Source: a virus
Lineage: Duplodnaviria > Caudoviricetes
Virus record (IMG/VR): IMGVR_UViG_3300008255_000037
Coordinates: 1-42,708 of that record
Strand: one strand, 5' to 3'
Length of the DNA: 42,708 nucleotides
A program made the translations under genes and the position numbers. Below, in pieces: positions 1 to 6,944 of the stretch. Every line of letters starts with the position of its first letter. Within the stretch, counting starts at the first letter, position 1. A model generated the notes under the pieces. It saw nothing but the letters and a program-made list of their open reading frames with translations, was not told where the DNA came from and did not search any database.

Positions 1-123
1 TGGACCCATATTTTCCAGGGGTAACGCTATATCCTTTTTGTTGATACTCTTTCTGGTTGTCTGCGTAGATATTTTTAGAAACCTCAAAAATTTGATCCAT
101 TATTTTCTCCTATTACGTAATAA
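1..123. repeat. Terminal direct repeat, left copy (circular assembly overlap)
   Basis: Exact match to 42586..42708; contains the start of the primase gene, so most likely an assembly overlap of a circular or circularly permuted genome. Confidence 0.95.
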
Positions 124-232
124 TAAATAACATATCATATACGATATGGTTATATATGATATATCAGAAGGCAGTAATTCTAATAAATTTATTATACATA
201 CCGCTGCTAATGCATCTATTAACATCTCTATT

Positions 233-469
233 TTATATTTGCTCATTATACTCCTTAAAATATTTTTTAACACCCACATCGGACCCTTTGCACTGTAAAC
301 CGGATCTTGTCACCTTTAGTATATCTTTAGAGATAAGTGCAAAGTGCATACAATATACACATTTTCCTTCCTTATCTGTATTTGTATATCTCATCTTATT
401 ATGACCGTTCTTAGCTTTTCTTAGATCTAAGGTTCCTCTATTATCTCTACAATCACAGTATTTAAACAT
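233..469 (-). CDS. Small Cys-rich (CxC...CxxCxH) putative zinc-binding protein
   Basis: 78 aa, AGGAG RBS, YCDC and CVYCMH motifs; similar to 39880..40137 and 2009..2317. Confidence 0.7.
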   Translation of the reverse strand: MFKYCDCRDNRGTLDLRKAKNGHNKMRYTNTDKEGKCVYCMHFALISKDILKVTRSGLQCKGSDVGVKKYFKEYNEQI

Positions 470-478
470 ATATTTCTC

Positions 479-889
479 CTATAGTAGCTGTATTAATAGC
501 TGTAAATTTATGTCTTTTTGCTCAGGGTAATCAATACATACAATATCTTTAAAAGCCTCAGCCGCCATGACCCCATATAAATGCTCCTCCTCGGAAGTGG
601 AATTTAAAAGAGTTAAAATATTGGTTAATGTCCCTTTTATCTTATCTCCGTTTAAATAACTTTCTGGGTAAGAAAATATAATATACACAATACAATCCTC
701 TACCCATTTTTCCAGTATATTTTTATCTACTACAGTAGATATTAACCAAAGCTTATTTTCATAAGCTATGTTGGGCAATAATAGACTTTCTGCAAGCGTC
801 CCATTAAATGTTGGGTGATATTTAACAAAGTTTTTATATCCCTCCTCACAAGCCTTTAAGGATTCTAATACTTTAGCACTTATATTCAT
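479..889 (-). CDS. Diverged Imm5-like/'AC..G...F' family hypothetical protein
   Basis: Start moved to ATG 889 (GGAG RBS at 897-900); LKACEEGYKNF...ENKLWL...WVEDC pattern and a C-terminal EQKDINLQLLIQLL that resembles the cassette ends. Confidence 0.6.
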   Translation of the reverse strand: MNISAKVLESLKACEEGYKNFVKYHPTFNGTLAESLLLPNIAYENKLWLISTVVDKNILEKWVEDCIVYIIFSYPESYLNGDKIKGTLTNILTLLNSTSEEEHLYGVMAAEAFKDIVCIDYPEQKDINLQLLIQLL

Positions 890-902
890 TTTTAATCTCC
901 TG

Positions 903-911
903 TGGTATACT
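903..911 (+). promoter_or_regulatory. Extended -10 promoter (TGgTATACT) directly upstream of the GTG start at 918
   Basis: TG-n-TATACT ends 6 nt before the start codon; no SD, so the mRNA is probably leaderless. Confidence 0.5.
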
Positions 912-917
912 AAGTTA

Positions 918-1436
918 GTGAAAATTGAACTAAAACTACATTCCGGTCCTATTTCGACCAATTCTGCGTACTATAAAAGGAATAAATCCTTTAATGAGAA
1001 CTCTCGCAAATGGCGTGCCAATTTCTTCAAAGAACTTATGAAAGAGGCTAACTGGGTACAAATAGAGAAGTTCAAGAAATCTTTTAATCCCAAAAAGCAT
1101 ATGATTAGAGTGTGCTTTACATGGTTCCAGCCACTTGATGTGATTTTAACTAATTCTGGACATCTTTCTTTAAGATCTATGGACGTAGATAATACTTTAA
1201 AAATACCCACAGATTGTGTATTTGACTCTAAATATAATGATACCTGGTTGTCAATCCGCACCGGGGGCGAAAAGAAACTGTACAAAGATTTTACATCTTT
1301 AAAAAACTTAAATATAAATGATAAATTTGTATTTGATACACGTTCCATAAAAATGCCCTCCGACGATAATTCTTTTCACTGTCTTATTACTATTGAACAA
1401 GTGGATCTATTTTCTCATGTGAGACTTCAAAGGTAA
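918..1436 (+). CDS. rusA: RusA-like Holliday junction resolvase
   Basis: PISTNSAY N-terminal motif, DVDNTLKIPTD catalytic motif, INDKFV motif. Confidence 0.8.
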   Translation: MKIELKLHSGPISTNSAYYKRNKSFNENSRKWRANFFKELMKEANWVQIEKFKKSFNPKKHMIRVCFTWFQPLDVILTNSGHLSLRSMDVDNTLKIPTDCVFDSKYNDTWLSIRTGGEKKLYKDFTSLKNLNINDKFVFDTRSIKMPSDDNSFHCLITIEQVDLFSHVRLQR

Positions 1437-1572
1437 TGTTTCTGTATTTAAGTTTAGCTATTATAAAACTGACTTCTAATTTATTATCTTTTTCAATGGC
1501 TTTTTCTAAGTCTTCTAATAGCTTATATACATAAATATCTTTTAAAAAATCTTCTTTATTATTTAGTCTCAT
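1390..1572 (-). CDS. Hypothetical protein
   Basis: 60-aa ORF in the leftward operon, overlapping the upstream gene end. Confidence 0.5.
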   Translation of the reverse strand: MRLNNKEDFLKDIYVYKLLEDLEKAIEKDNKLEVSFIIAKLKYRNITFEVSHEKIDPLVQ

Positions 1573-1747
1573 TTATTTTCTCCACGTTAAATTTATACTT
1601 ATCGCCTCTAAATAAAGTATCTTTATCTACTTTGTTTTTAATTCTCTTAGATACAGTTTCTTCTGATACCTTTAGAAATTGTGCCGCTTTAAAAATAGAC
1701 GGCACTTTTATAATAATCTTTCTATCTAAATCTCTTATAATGTACAT
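1559..1747 (-). CDS. Small HTH DNA-binding protein (NUMOD1-like)
   Basis: PSIFKAAQFLKVSEETVSKRI helix-turn-helix pattern; GAGG RBS. Confidence 0.6.
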   Translation of the reverse strand: MYIIRDLDRKIIIKVPSIFKAAQFLKVSEETVSKRIKNKVDKDTLFRGDKYKFNVEKINETK

Positions 1748-1748
1748 T

Positions 1749-2012
1749 TTATACCTCCTCTTGATTGGCTTGTTTTATACCTTCGTTTATAAGGTTTACT
1801 AGGTCAGCTACTTGATCAGCTACACATTGGTCTATTTCTTCTTGTGTTTCAAATTCTGCCTCACATGAGCTTATAAAGACCTCTTGTAATTGATCTAGGT
1901 TCCAGTCTATAATTATATTTATAGAGCCTGATGCTTCATGCTTTGAATCCGATACTTCAACTTTTTGTTTACCGCAGCTTATAAATAGTAGTACAAGTAA
2001 TAAAGTTTTCAT
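1749..2012 (-). CDS. Putative lipoprotein
   Basis: MKTLLLVLLFISC|G signal peptide with lipobox; ATGA-coupled start at 2012. Confidence 0.7.
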   Translation of the reverse strand: MKTLLLVLLFISCGKQKVEVSDSKHEASGSINIIIDWNLDQLQEVFISSCEAEFETQEEIDQCVADQVADLVNLINEGIKQANQEEV

Positions 2013-2317
2013 ATATTTTGCCTCCATGCCCCTTTTATATGGCTATTTTCCCATAGTAGATAGTGGTCACAAAAAACACATGTTTCATTATCCTCTGATC
2101 GGGTTTTTCTAGGCATTCCGCACCCGTTCTTTACTGAATTACTTACTTTTAAACCATTTAAAAGATAGGAACCTGCACAGTTACAATAAGATTCTTTTCT
2201 AGAAAAGCTTTTTTCATCAGGTAAAAACCCATTATAAATGTGAAGTATTTCTAAATTATCTTCAAAAGATGAGTGTATTTCTTTATAATATTCCATTTGT
2301 ACCTCCATTATACTCAT
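2009..2317 (-). CDS. Cys-rich (CxC...CxxCxH) hypothetical protein
   Basis: YCNC and CVFCDH motifs; ATGA-coupled to the last cassette. Confidence 0.6.
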   Translation of the reverse strand: MSIMEVQMEYYKEIHSSFEDNLEILHIYNGFLPDEKSFSRKESYCNCAGSYLLNGLKVSNSVKNGCGMPRKTRSEDNETCVFCDHYLLWENSHIKGAWRQNI

Positions 2318-2619
2318 AATATTGCCTTAATCATCTCTACTTGTCTCTGTTTTTCTTCTAACTCTGCTGCTGAGTCTGCTGCTAAAAATACTGACCATAT
2401 TGCTGAATATGCTGCTTCCTCCGCTGAATATACTGCTGAATTTGCTGCTGAATATGCTGCTGAATATGCTGCTGAAATTGCTGCTACTCTTGCTGAGTTT
2501 GCTGCTGACCAGTATGATGATAGTGCTGAATCCATTACTGACCGTGTTGGATTTGCTAATGAATATACTGCCGACCATACCTCTTTTCCGGCTTTATCTA
2601 GTTCTTCATCTATGTTCAT
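2314..2619 (-). CDS. xSAA-repeat cassette protein E (101 aa)
   Basis: MNIDEEL start, SAA repeats, EEKQRQVEMIK end; AAGGA RBS, ATGA coupling. Confidence 0.8.
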   Translation of the reverse strand: MNIDEELDKAGKEVWSAVYSLANPTRSVMDSALSSYWSAANSARVAAISAAYSAAYSAANSAVYSAEEAAYSAIWSVFLAADSAAELEEKQRQVEMIKAIL

Positions 2620-2870
2620 AATATATCCTTAACCATCTCTACTTGTCTCTGCTTTTCTTCTAATCCTGATGACTTTTCTACATATCTAGCTGACTCTGCT
2701 GCTGACCATACTACTGACCTTGTTGCTGATCGTGCTGATGAATCTGTTGCTGAAAATGCTGCTGACCATGCTGCTGAATCTGCTGCTGAATATGGGGCTA
2801 ACCCTGTTGCTGACCTTGCTGCTGAATATGCCTCTTTTCTAGCTTTATCTAGTTCTTCATCTATATTCAT
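2616..2870 (-). CDS. xSAA-repeat cassette protein D (84 aa)
   Basis: Same conserved ends; ATGA coupling on both sides. Confidence 0.8.
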   Translation of the reverse strand: MNIDEELDKARKEAYSAARSATGLAPYSAADSAAWSAAFSATDSSARSATRSVVWSAAESARYVEKSSGLEEKQRQVEMVKDIL

Positions 2871-3082
2871 AGTATATCCTTAATCATCTCTACTTGTCTT
2901 TGTTTTTCTTCTAACTCTGCTGCTGAACTTGCTGCTGAAAATACTGACCATATTGCTGAATATGCTGCTGAACATGCTGCTGACCTTGCTGCTAAACATG
3001 CTGACCGTGCTGCTGAATATGCTGACCTTGCTGCTGCTCTTGCCTCTTCTATAGCTTTCTTTAGTTCTTCATCTATATTCAT
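2867..3082 (-). CDS. xSAA-repeat cassette protein C (71 aa)
   Basis: AGGAGG RBS then ATG at 3082; same reading frame as 3158..3733. Confidence 0.8.
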   Translation of the reverse strand: MNIDEELKKAIEEARAAARSAYSAARSACLAARSAACSAAYSAIWSVFSAASSAAELEEKQRQVEMIKDIL

Positions 3083-3147
3083 AATATTGCCTCCTAATTT
3101 CACAGCAACCCTATTTTTGTTACTATAACCCGTTTCAAAAATCAGTT
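3062..3147. repeat. 86-bp exact direct repeat (copy 1; copy 2 at 4162..4247) forming the leader/RBS of each cassette block
   Basis: Base-by-base identity, offset 1100 bp. Confidence 0.95.
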
Positions 3148-3157
3148 TTATAGATAA

Positions 3158-3733
3158 TTATAGTACTCCTAATTTTATCTTTTCTTCAATCCACCTTTCT
3201 TTAGTCTCAATGGCATTTCTAACTCTATTATCGTTAGGGTACTCTTTTTCATAGTTATGTAAACAACTATAGGCAAACTTGACAGACAATTGATGCAACT
3301 TCCTGGCACTGATAAACTCTTCTCTTAAGAATAAATCCAGTGTATCTACACTAATAAGTTCTTTAACGGTGCCTAAATATTTAATACAATCTTTTCCAAA
3401 TAATTTTAAACATTCACTAGGATATGCTTTTAAAGCGTCTAATGTTAACTTTTTATTTAACTCCTCAATAGTATACTCAGAAGAAATATCTAAGTTAAGC
3501 ATCTTTGCAAAGTCTTTAATACCGTATTTACAAAACCCCAGGGATCTAGCTTGTTCAAAATTAATAGTGGTATTGGTATATTGACCACTTTTATTCTTTT
3601 TCTCAATCTCTTTTTCTGCAAACTTAATTGCCTTTTGTTTCCCCCGCCTCCTATACTCTTCTCTTGAGAAATGATACTCTCCATTTTCAGTTTTAATTAG
3701 TACATTTTCTTTGCTTTTAATTACTTCAGTCAT
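3158..3733 (-). CDS. Imm5-like family protein lacking its Ala-rich C-terminal repeat
   Basis: LGFCKYGIKDF motif and LHNYEKEYPNDNRVRNAIETKERWI motif (E..YP.D.R.R.AI), then a stop. Confidence 0.7.
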   Translation of the reverse strand: MTEVIKSKENVLIKTENGEYHFSREEYRRRGKQKAIKFAEKEIEKKNKSGQYTNTTINFEQARSLGFCKYGIKDFAKMLNLDISSEYTIEELNKKLTLDALKAYPSECLKLFGKDCIKYLGTVKELISVDTLDLFLREEFISARKLHQLSVKFAYSCLHNYEKEYPNDNRVRNAIETKERWIEEKIKLGVL

Positions 3734-3820
3734 AAAATCTCCATTGTTAGTTATTGTCCTAATTCATACTACTACATAAACTTGTATAGTTAAAAAACAT
3801 TTGTTAAGTTTATAGTAAAT

Positions 3821-3958
3821 TCATAGTATATCCTTAATCATTTCTACTTGCTTCTGTCTTTCTTCTAAGCTTGCTGACCTTGCTGCTGACCTTGCTGCTG
3901 ACCTTGCTGCTGAATATGCCTCTTTTCTAGCTTTATCTAGTTCTTCATCTATATTCAT
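3821..3958 (-). CDS. xSAA-repeat cassette protein B (45 aa; absent from the ORF track)
   Basis: Translates MNIDEELDKARKEAYSAARSAARSAARSASLEERQKQVEMIKDIL; ATGA-coupled to cassette A. Confidence 0.8.
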   Translation of the reverse strand: MNIDEELDKARKEAYSAARSAARSAARSASLEERQKQVEMIKDIL

Positions 3959-4182
3959 AGTATATCCTTAATCATCTCTACTTGTCTTTGTTTTTCTTCT
4001 GTTCTCGTTGCTGAATCTGCTGAATTTGCTGCTGAATTTGCTGCTGAATATGCTGCTGAATTTGCTGCTGACCAGTATGATGATAGTGCTGAATCCATTA
4101 CTGACCGTGTTGGATTTGCTAATGAATATACTGCCGACCATACCTCTTTTCCGGCTTTATCTAGTTCTTCATCTATATTCAT
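3955..4182 (-). CDS. xSAA-repeat cassette protein A (75 aa)
   Basis: AGGAGG RBS, ATG at 4182; 4061..4176 is identical to 2498..2613 in cassette E. Confidence 0.8.
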   Translation of the reverse strand: MNIDEELDKAGKEVWSAVYSLANPTRSVMDSALSSYWSAANSAAYSAANSAANSADSATRTEEKQRQVEMIKDIL

Positions 4183-4247
4183 AATATTGCCTCCTAATTT
4201 CACAGCAACCCTATTTTTGTTACTATAACCCGTTTCAAAAATCAGTT
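4162..4247. repeat. 86-bp exact direct repeat (copy 2)
   Basis: Identical to 3062..3147. Confidence 0.95.
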
Positions 4248-4510
4248 CTTCTGGGTAAATAATCTCTTTCACTCACCATAAAATCACTTGTTATTTTCTT
4301 TATGGCATCATCGCTTAAGCCGTCCTGTCTTAATAGCTCTGCAAACGTAAGTAATTTAGCTCTGCATTCATCTCTTTTTGTTTTTTCCATAAAATAATCT
4401 CCCTCAGCTGCATTAAAATAACTCATTATAGCCAGTTGCTTTCTAAACGCAGCTACCAACTCTGCTTGTTTTACCATAACCATGCTATCTAAGTCTCTTT
4501 GAAATTCCAT
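4235..4510 (-). CDS. Hypothetical protein
   Basis: Start reassigned to MEFQRDLD (AGGA RBS upstream). Confidence 0.6.
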   Translation of the reverse strand: MEFQRDLDSMVMVKQAELVAAFRKQLAIMSYFNAAEGDYFMEKTKRDECRAKLLTFAELLRQDGLSDDAIKKITSDFMVSERDYLPRRTDF

Positions 4511-4512
4511 TT

Positions 4513-4599
4513 TTACCATCCTGTTGAGGTTAATATATATAATATAAGTACTACACCCGCCCATATCATCAGTTGCTTTATAAAAAAATCGTCTCTCAT
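4513..4599 (-). CDS. 28-aa single-TM microprotein
   Basis: MRDDFFIKQLMIWAGVVLILYILTSTGW; ATGA-coupled, fills the gap exactly. Confidence 0.5.
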   Translation of the reverse strand: MRDDFFIKQLMIWAGVVLILYILTSTGW

Positions 4600-4778
4600 A
4601 GGAGACCTTCTTGAGTCCAGAAATATTGACCTGTGTCTTCATCGTATGTTATATAATCTTCATTTATTAATTCTTGAATATCGTGGTCTGTTACACCAAA
4701 GCTCTGGACCACATCATCTCCGAATGTTATAACGGTACAATTACAGAAAAAATGCTCGCCATTTTTAGTTAATTTCAA
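4596..4778 (-). CDS. Acidic hypothetical protein
   Basis: AGGAGG RBS then TTG at 4778. Confidence 0.55.
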   Translation of the reverse strand: MKLTKNGEHFFCNCTVITFGDDVVQSFGVTDHDIQELINEDYITYDEDTGQYFWTQEGLL

Positions 4779-4786
4779 GAGTCCTC

Positions 4787-4879
4787 CTAAGCATAAATTA
4801 AAGTTGCTGTTAAAATCCCTATCCAAGGATTGATTATAAATAAACCAATACATAAAAGCACTAATATAATATTATACAT
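4787..4879 (-). CDS. 30-aa hydrophobic microprotein
   Basis: MYNIILVLLCIGLFIINPWIGILTATLIYA; overlaps the upstream stop. Confidence 0.5.
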   Translation of the reverse strand: MYNIILVLLCIGLFIINPWIGILTATLIYA

Positions 4880-5039
4880 CTTGCTCGCCTGTTACCTGTA
4901 TAATCATCTCTTTTACAAGCTCTTTATTTCTATGGTTATTAACCCATGTAAGGGTTTCGTTATTTTCATCAATAAACACTATTTCATTTTTAGAGTAAAT
5001 TATATTAAATTTAATGTCGTTAGATTCGATCGTATACAT
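4872..5039 (-). CDS. 55-aa hypothetical protein
   Basis: GGAGG RBS, MYTIESNDIKF... Confidence 0.55.
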   Translation of the reverse strand: MYTIESNDIKFNIIYSKNEIVFIDENNETLTWVNNHRNKELVKEMIIQVTGEQDV

Positions 5040-5058
5040 AATAACCTCCAAAATTATT

Positions 5059-5196
5059 TTATTTTCTATCTAATAAGGCATCTAGCATCATTATTCTGGC
5101 TAAACAGACCTGGTTTTTAGCCTTCATCTTATAATGAAGCAATCCAGTTGCTTTATATAAAAGTAAGTAGGACCTTGCTGCTTGTAAATGTATCAT
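5059..5196 (-). CDS. 45-aa hypothetical protein
   Basis: GGAGG RBS, MIHLQAARSYLLLYK... Confidence 0.45.
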   Translation of the reverse strand: MIHLQAARSYLLLYKATGLLHYKMKAKNQVCLARIMMLDALLDRK

Positions 5197-5269
5197 TTTA
5201 TCCCTCCATTTCATTCTTTATTCATTATTGCATAGGTTGTTTATATCAGCGCTACACCAATGTTAAATA

Positions 5270-5359
5270 TTATAAATTTCTACAAGATTTTTTTATAAAA
5301 ATAATTGTTACTACTACTACAGATGTGCTTGTTATTAGTCCTAGTATTAGATCTTTCAT
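5270..5359 (-). CDS. 29-aa single-TM microprotein
   Basis: GAGGA RBS, MKDLILGLITSTSVVVVTIIFIKKSCRNL. Confidence 0.45.
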   Translation of the reverse strand: MKDLILGLITSTSVVVVTIIFIKKSCRNL

Positions 5360-5407
5360 ATATCCTCGCTATTTAGTGTTTAAAATAACTCGTCCATGAG
5401 TCAGTGT

Positions 5408-5536
5408 TTACTTCCCTAGAAGATGGGCAGACATGCCTTGTTTAGCGCTGACAGCGTGCTGAGCCAGGTTTAGTGTGGCTAGGAAAGCAAAGCTTATTAT
5501 AAGTATAAGTGGTAGGTAAGTTTTAATTGTTTTCAT
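5408..5536 (-). CDS. 42-aa signal/TM microprotein, first gene of the leftward arm
   Basis: AGGAG RBS, MKTIKTYLPLILIISFAFLATLNLAQH... Confidence 0.55.
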   Translation of the reverse strand: MKTIKTYLPLILIISFAFLATLNLAQHAVSAKQGMSAHLLGK

Positions 5537-5787
5537 TATATTCTCCTGTTGTTGTCTTGTCTGGTACTAGAATAACACCATATAAAATATCTGTCCTTCA
5601 CATATGTTAAATCGTATAAAAATATTTTATTAACCAGGAATAAAAATGCTTAAATGCAATAATATCACACACTTAATTATTTTAAATATATTTATTTAAA
5701 GCGATATCTCTAAGTAGTTGATATTACAGGGAATAGGCGCTTTAAAACCATATCTTAAACCATATAAATATCTAATATCTCATATGC

Positions 5788-5817
5788 TTGACACGATTAT
5801 TTAAATAATGATATATT
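5788..5817 (+). promoter_or_regulatory. Sigma70-type promoter TTGACA-18-TATATT with TG extension
   Basis: Consensus -35, near-consensus extended -10; no ORF in the track until 6591. Confidence 0.6.
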
Positions 5818-5828
5818 TAATTATCCCT

Positions 5829-5921
5829 TAATTATGTCTTAAACGAAGCCTTCATTTAAGTCTCCATTACTAGAATGGTGGGATTGAGTGCCTAGCGGCG
5901 AATATGTCTATAACATAATTA
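5829..5921 (+). ncRNA. Candidate structured small RNA
   Basis: Directly downstream of the promoter; closing 9-bp stem TAATTATGT/ACATAATTA and a long inner hairpin with G-U pairs. Confidence 0.35.
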
Positions 5922-6590
5922 TAACTTTATTACCCCCAACTTTATTAAAATATAAACACACCTAATCTAATGTAGTTCAACTTAATTATAATCTGGTTAC
6001 TAACTATATTTAAAACTTAATTATAAACATGTTTATAACATAGTTATGCACAACATATTTACTCATAATAAAACCATAAATAGATCAATAAATAAGTCAA
6101 TAATAAAGCCATAAATAAGCCATAAACAAACCAATAATGGACACCAACCCTTTCAACCACATCTATTATAAACCTATTAAGCCAGACAGCATTATAATCT
6201 GGTTATAGCTACACCCCCCCTGGATATTGACCCCCCCATCAAGGATATAATTACTGGATAAAGGGGGCACACCCTAGACATATACCACCCCCCAAAATAG
6301 TTTAAGACCTTGATATAACAGGGTTTTAACCACTCTCCCCCTAACAAATTTTAAGGGAAAAAGTACTAATATAATTGGTGACATTATGTCCTTTTCACAC
6401 CAAAATTATGCTGAGGAATGACCAATTCCGAGGCATAATTATAGGGTTTTTAAAATATTCAGTTTCTATTTAAATAGACCTAATTACAATAACCTACATT
6501 CCCCCAACTTATTTATATCTCTATTACAAATTCTATTCACATAACTAGTAATGAAAGTACTATTATGGTACTATAAATTATAGGAGGATT

Positions 6591-6944
6591 ATGAAAATAA
6601 TCATAAAAGGTATACCATATAAAGTAATATTATTTAGTAATGTTGAGTTTATAAAGGTGCATTCAGATGCATCCGTGGCAATGCATGTAGGTACCAGAGA
6701 ATTACATTTTAGAGAAGATCACATAAAGAAGAATGTTATAATACATGAAGTAACACATGCCTTTATAAACAGTTTATGTTTAGGCTCTTGTAGTAATATC
6801 TCTCTTGAAGACTTTGAAGAAATTATCTGTGAATTAATGGAAGATCATCTTATGGATATAAACCGAATTAGTAACGAAATCTTAACATACCTTAAGGATA
6901 CCAAGGCACTTAGAAATAAGAAAAGGAAGAAGGCTAAGAAATGA
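6591..6944 (+). CDS. Zinc metallopeptidase-like protein (HExxH)
   Basis: IIHEVTHA motif plus downstream E; AGGAGG RBS. Confidence 0.7.
   Translation: MKIIIKGIPYKVILFSNVEFIKVHSDASVAMHVGTRELHFREDHIKKNVIIHEVTHAFINSLCLGSCSNISLEDFEEIICELMEDHLMDINRISNEILTYLKDTKALRNKKRKKAKK

Noticed and set aside
1-123. Biological direct terminal repeat
   Set aside because: It cuts through the primase coding start and has the size of an assembler overlap; more likely a circularisation artefact
2273-2632. Plus-strand AAEY-repeat ORF and alternative-frame ORFs 2327..2578 and 2400..2621
   Set aside because: Shadows of the stop-free GCA/TCA repeats; no RBS, whereas the minus-strand frame has conserved ends and ATGA coupling
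2314-4250. Diversity-generating retroelement (TR/VR pairs)
   Set aside because: No reverse transcriptase anywhere in the genome; copies differ by indels of 12-nt units and block swaps, not adenine-specific substitutions
2314-4250. CRISPR array
   Set aside because: The intervening sequences are 100-260 bp, low-complexity, mutually homologous and in-frame coding; no cas genes
6227-6251. Promoter TTGACC...TATAAT
   Set aside because: The spacer is only 13 bp
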